A DNA stretch of 64,000 nucleotides from Ignavibacteria bacterium (GTDB taxonomy: Bacteria > Bacteroidota > Ignavibacteria > Kapaibacteriales > UBA2268), in the NCBI GenBank assembly GCA_031261605.1, contig JAISJI010000055.1, positions 12,844 to 76,843 of the forward strand. Direction: 5' to 3'. The notes beneath the pieces were generated by a model, which was not told the DNA's origin, searched no databases, and worked only from the letters and a program-made list of their open reading frames with translations. Positions 62,447-64,000 of the stretch are shown here, piece by piece (the stretch's first letter is position 1; every line of letters starts with the position of its first letter). The position numbers and the translations under genes are program-made.

Positions 62447-63145
62447 ATGAAAATAACAACAGCAATACGTGAAAAGGTTATGGAGGATATGTGGCAGAAT
62501 TCAACAAACACGTTTTATACTCCAGATGATATAAACAAGGTCTTAGATATGTTAAGTTGGGCTGAGGTTAATTCCGGTGCCGATGCTTGCAGTAATAATG
62601 TAGCGGTAGCGAAGTCATTGCTGACTAACCAACGGGCATTAAAACTGAGCAAGACCTATGCACAATGTCATATTCAGGCGATATTAAGTGTTGCAAAGAA
62701 TTATGCTTGCCAGCAAGGTGATGCGATTATCCCACCAGATGCAAGTATAACTCCAGGAACTACTACTCAAACAGAGATAGAGATAAAGAAAACAACGGCA
62801 ACTCCTACCAATATGAGCGAATCGGTAAAGAATAATATAAATATAGTTCCAGAAGCGGGCGAAGCGTTTATTTCGCAATACAAGGTTCCGTTAATAGTAG
62901 CGGGCGTATGTGTTGTTTCTATTGGTTATATGTATTTCAAATGTAATAACAAGTCATCAAAAAAAGGATTAAAATTGAGTGATTACTATCAGAAATACAG
63001 GACCAAATGGGATATGGGTAGTGATTGCAAGTATGCTCACCAATGCCCGGCGACTAATAACTGCTATGCTTGCAAGGATAATAATTGCTATGGAGATTAT
63101 TACAAACGCAATAAAGAGGAGGAGGAGTTTGAGTATTCTGAATAA
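62447..63145 (+). CDS. hypothetical membrane protein with Cys-rich C-terminal tail
   Basis: TM helix VPLIVAGVCVVSIGYMYF; tail CKYAHQCPATNNCYACKDNNCYGDYY. Confidence 0.4.
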   Translation: MKITTAIREKVMEDMWQNSTNTFYTPDDINKVLDMLSWAEVNSGADACSNNVAVAKSLLTNQRALKLSKTYAQCHIQAILSVAKNYACQQGDAIIPPDASITPGTTTQTEIEIKKTTATPTNMSESVKNNINIVPEAGEAFISQYKVPLIVAGVCVVSIGYMYFKCNNKSSKKGLKLSDYYQKYRTKWDMGSDCKYAHQCPATNNCYACKDNNCYGDYYKRNKEEEEFEYSE

Positions 63146-63428
63146 CGAACTAACTACTTACAGCCCGAAACTGAACGACCTCAGTGGCACATTTGACGAC
63201 TTAGGACAACTTATCGCATATATGCGAGACCTAACGAAATCACTGGTTCCGCTCTCAGATGCACTAACAGATACGATAGAAAACTTGCCAGCAAAGGTTA
63301 GCAAGTTCGTAGACAATAACCCCGGACTAATGCTATTTACGGGCGTTGGCGCAGTTTTAATAGGTGGAGCATTGGCGACCACAATAATAAATAATTGTAT
63401 GCAGATTAGGAATAATTGGAGAAAATAA
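63139..63428 (+). CDS. small hypothetical membrane protein (possible TTG start after AGGAGGAGGAG)
   Basis: 3' portion of ORF 62979..63428; a strong RBS precedes the TTG at about 63139; one TM helix. Confidence 0.3.
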
Positions 63429-63429
63429 A

Positions 63430-64000
63430 ATGGATAATACGCCAATTAATACGACTTGCGATGTTGCAAAGATTGGGATGGTGGATTTTACAAAAGAACA
63501 TATAGTAGAAATTGCTGGAATAGCAATATCCGCAGGCATTGTTGGGTTTTTAGCAGGAAATAGAGGTTCTAACAAGAAAAAAGGATTGAGCGATGTGATA
63601 AAACCCGAGTGGTCAGATGACATAAAGAAGCGAATACGCCAGAAAGAGGACTATTTGGATGCTTGGTATAATGAGTTTGAGGAGTTTGATAAGAAACTGT
63701 TTGTGGATTTAGTCCGAATGCACTTTCCGCAATTTGGGGATGGCGGTTGGGATACCACTTGTTACTTGGCAGCCCTTAATCTTCCGAACGAATATGAACG
63801 TTGTTTAGACGTGCAGATAGAGGTTCTGACAAAGGTATTGTGGTTGTCATATCCTGATTATAAAGATAAAGGTGTCGGGTTAGAGGATGGTAATAACGAC
63901 AAATACTATGAGTTGAGTCGGCTTTTGAACAGATTAGAGGCAGTTATACCAAGGAACAAATGGGATGATTATCTTCGTGCCGTCCGTAAGAATAACAGAG
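63430..64000 (+). CDS. hypothetical protein (runs past the window end)
   Basis: Open frame from the ATG at 63430 (MDNTPINTTCDVAKIGMVDFTKEHIVEIAGIAISAGIVGFLAGN...) through 64000 with no stop. Confidence 0.35.
   Translation, partial: MDNTPINTTCDVAKIGMVDFTKEHIVEIAGIAISAGIVGFLAGNRGSNKKKGLSDVIKPEWSDDIKKRIRQKEDYLDAWYNEFEEFDKKLFVDLVRMHFPQFGDGGWDTTCYLAALNLPNEYERCLDVQIEVLTKVLWLSYPDYKDKGVGLEDGNNDKYYELSRLLNRLEAVIPRNKWDDYLRAVRKNNR

Noticed and set aside
62979-63428. Full-length ORF 62979..63428 overlapping the 3' third of the gene at 62447..63145
   Set aside because: The N-terminal portion overlaps the preceding gene in another frame; a strong RBS before the TTG at about 63139 suggests only the distal part is coding.

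Overview
This is a chromosomal segment of about 36% GC from a flagellated, anaerobic bacterium of the FCB group, with genes on both strands. FCB placement rests on T9SS C-terminal sorting domains, Bacteroidetes-type TTTG / TAnnTTTG promoter motifs and a TonB-ExbB-ExbD-ExbD operon. Three tandem flagellin genes argue against Bacteroidia proper; an Ignavibacteria- or Calditrichia-like lineage is a guess. Housekeeping content includes a TsaE fragment, a Fic protein, a GT2 glycosyltransferase, a CCA/poly(A) polymerase-family nucleotidyltransferase, a TolC-like protein, exbB-exbD-[DNA methyltransferase]-exbD-tonB, RNase R, FabG, RarA, a CDF transporter, a GH57 glucan branching enzyme, nusA-infB, a trimeric HydABC-type [FeFe] hydrogenase, a 5'-nucleotidase, an amino-acid ABC transporter with four fused substrate-binding domains, T9SS cargo proteins, a flotillin-like protein and an EamA transporter. 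The accessory highlight is a complete type II-C-like CRISPR-Cas locus ordered array, tracrRNA (minus strand), cas9 (1368 aa), cas1, cas2. Its 46-nt repeats each carry a Bacteroidetes-type promoter, and its degenerate trailer end stretches more than 2 kb upstream with five small AT-rich genes embedded between decayed repeats. Other accessory features are an orphan beta-class DNA methyltransferase inserted between the two exbD paralogs, a decayed NRPS-like (adenylation-reductase) pseudogene, and a cluster of small hypothetical membrane or Cys-rich proteins at the 3' end. No tRNA or rRNA genes were recognised.
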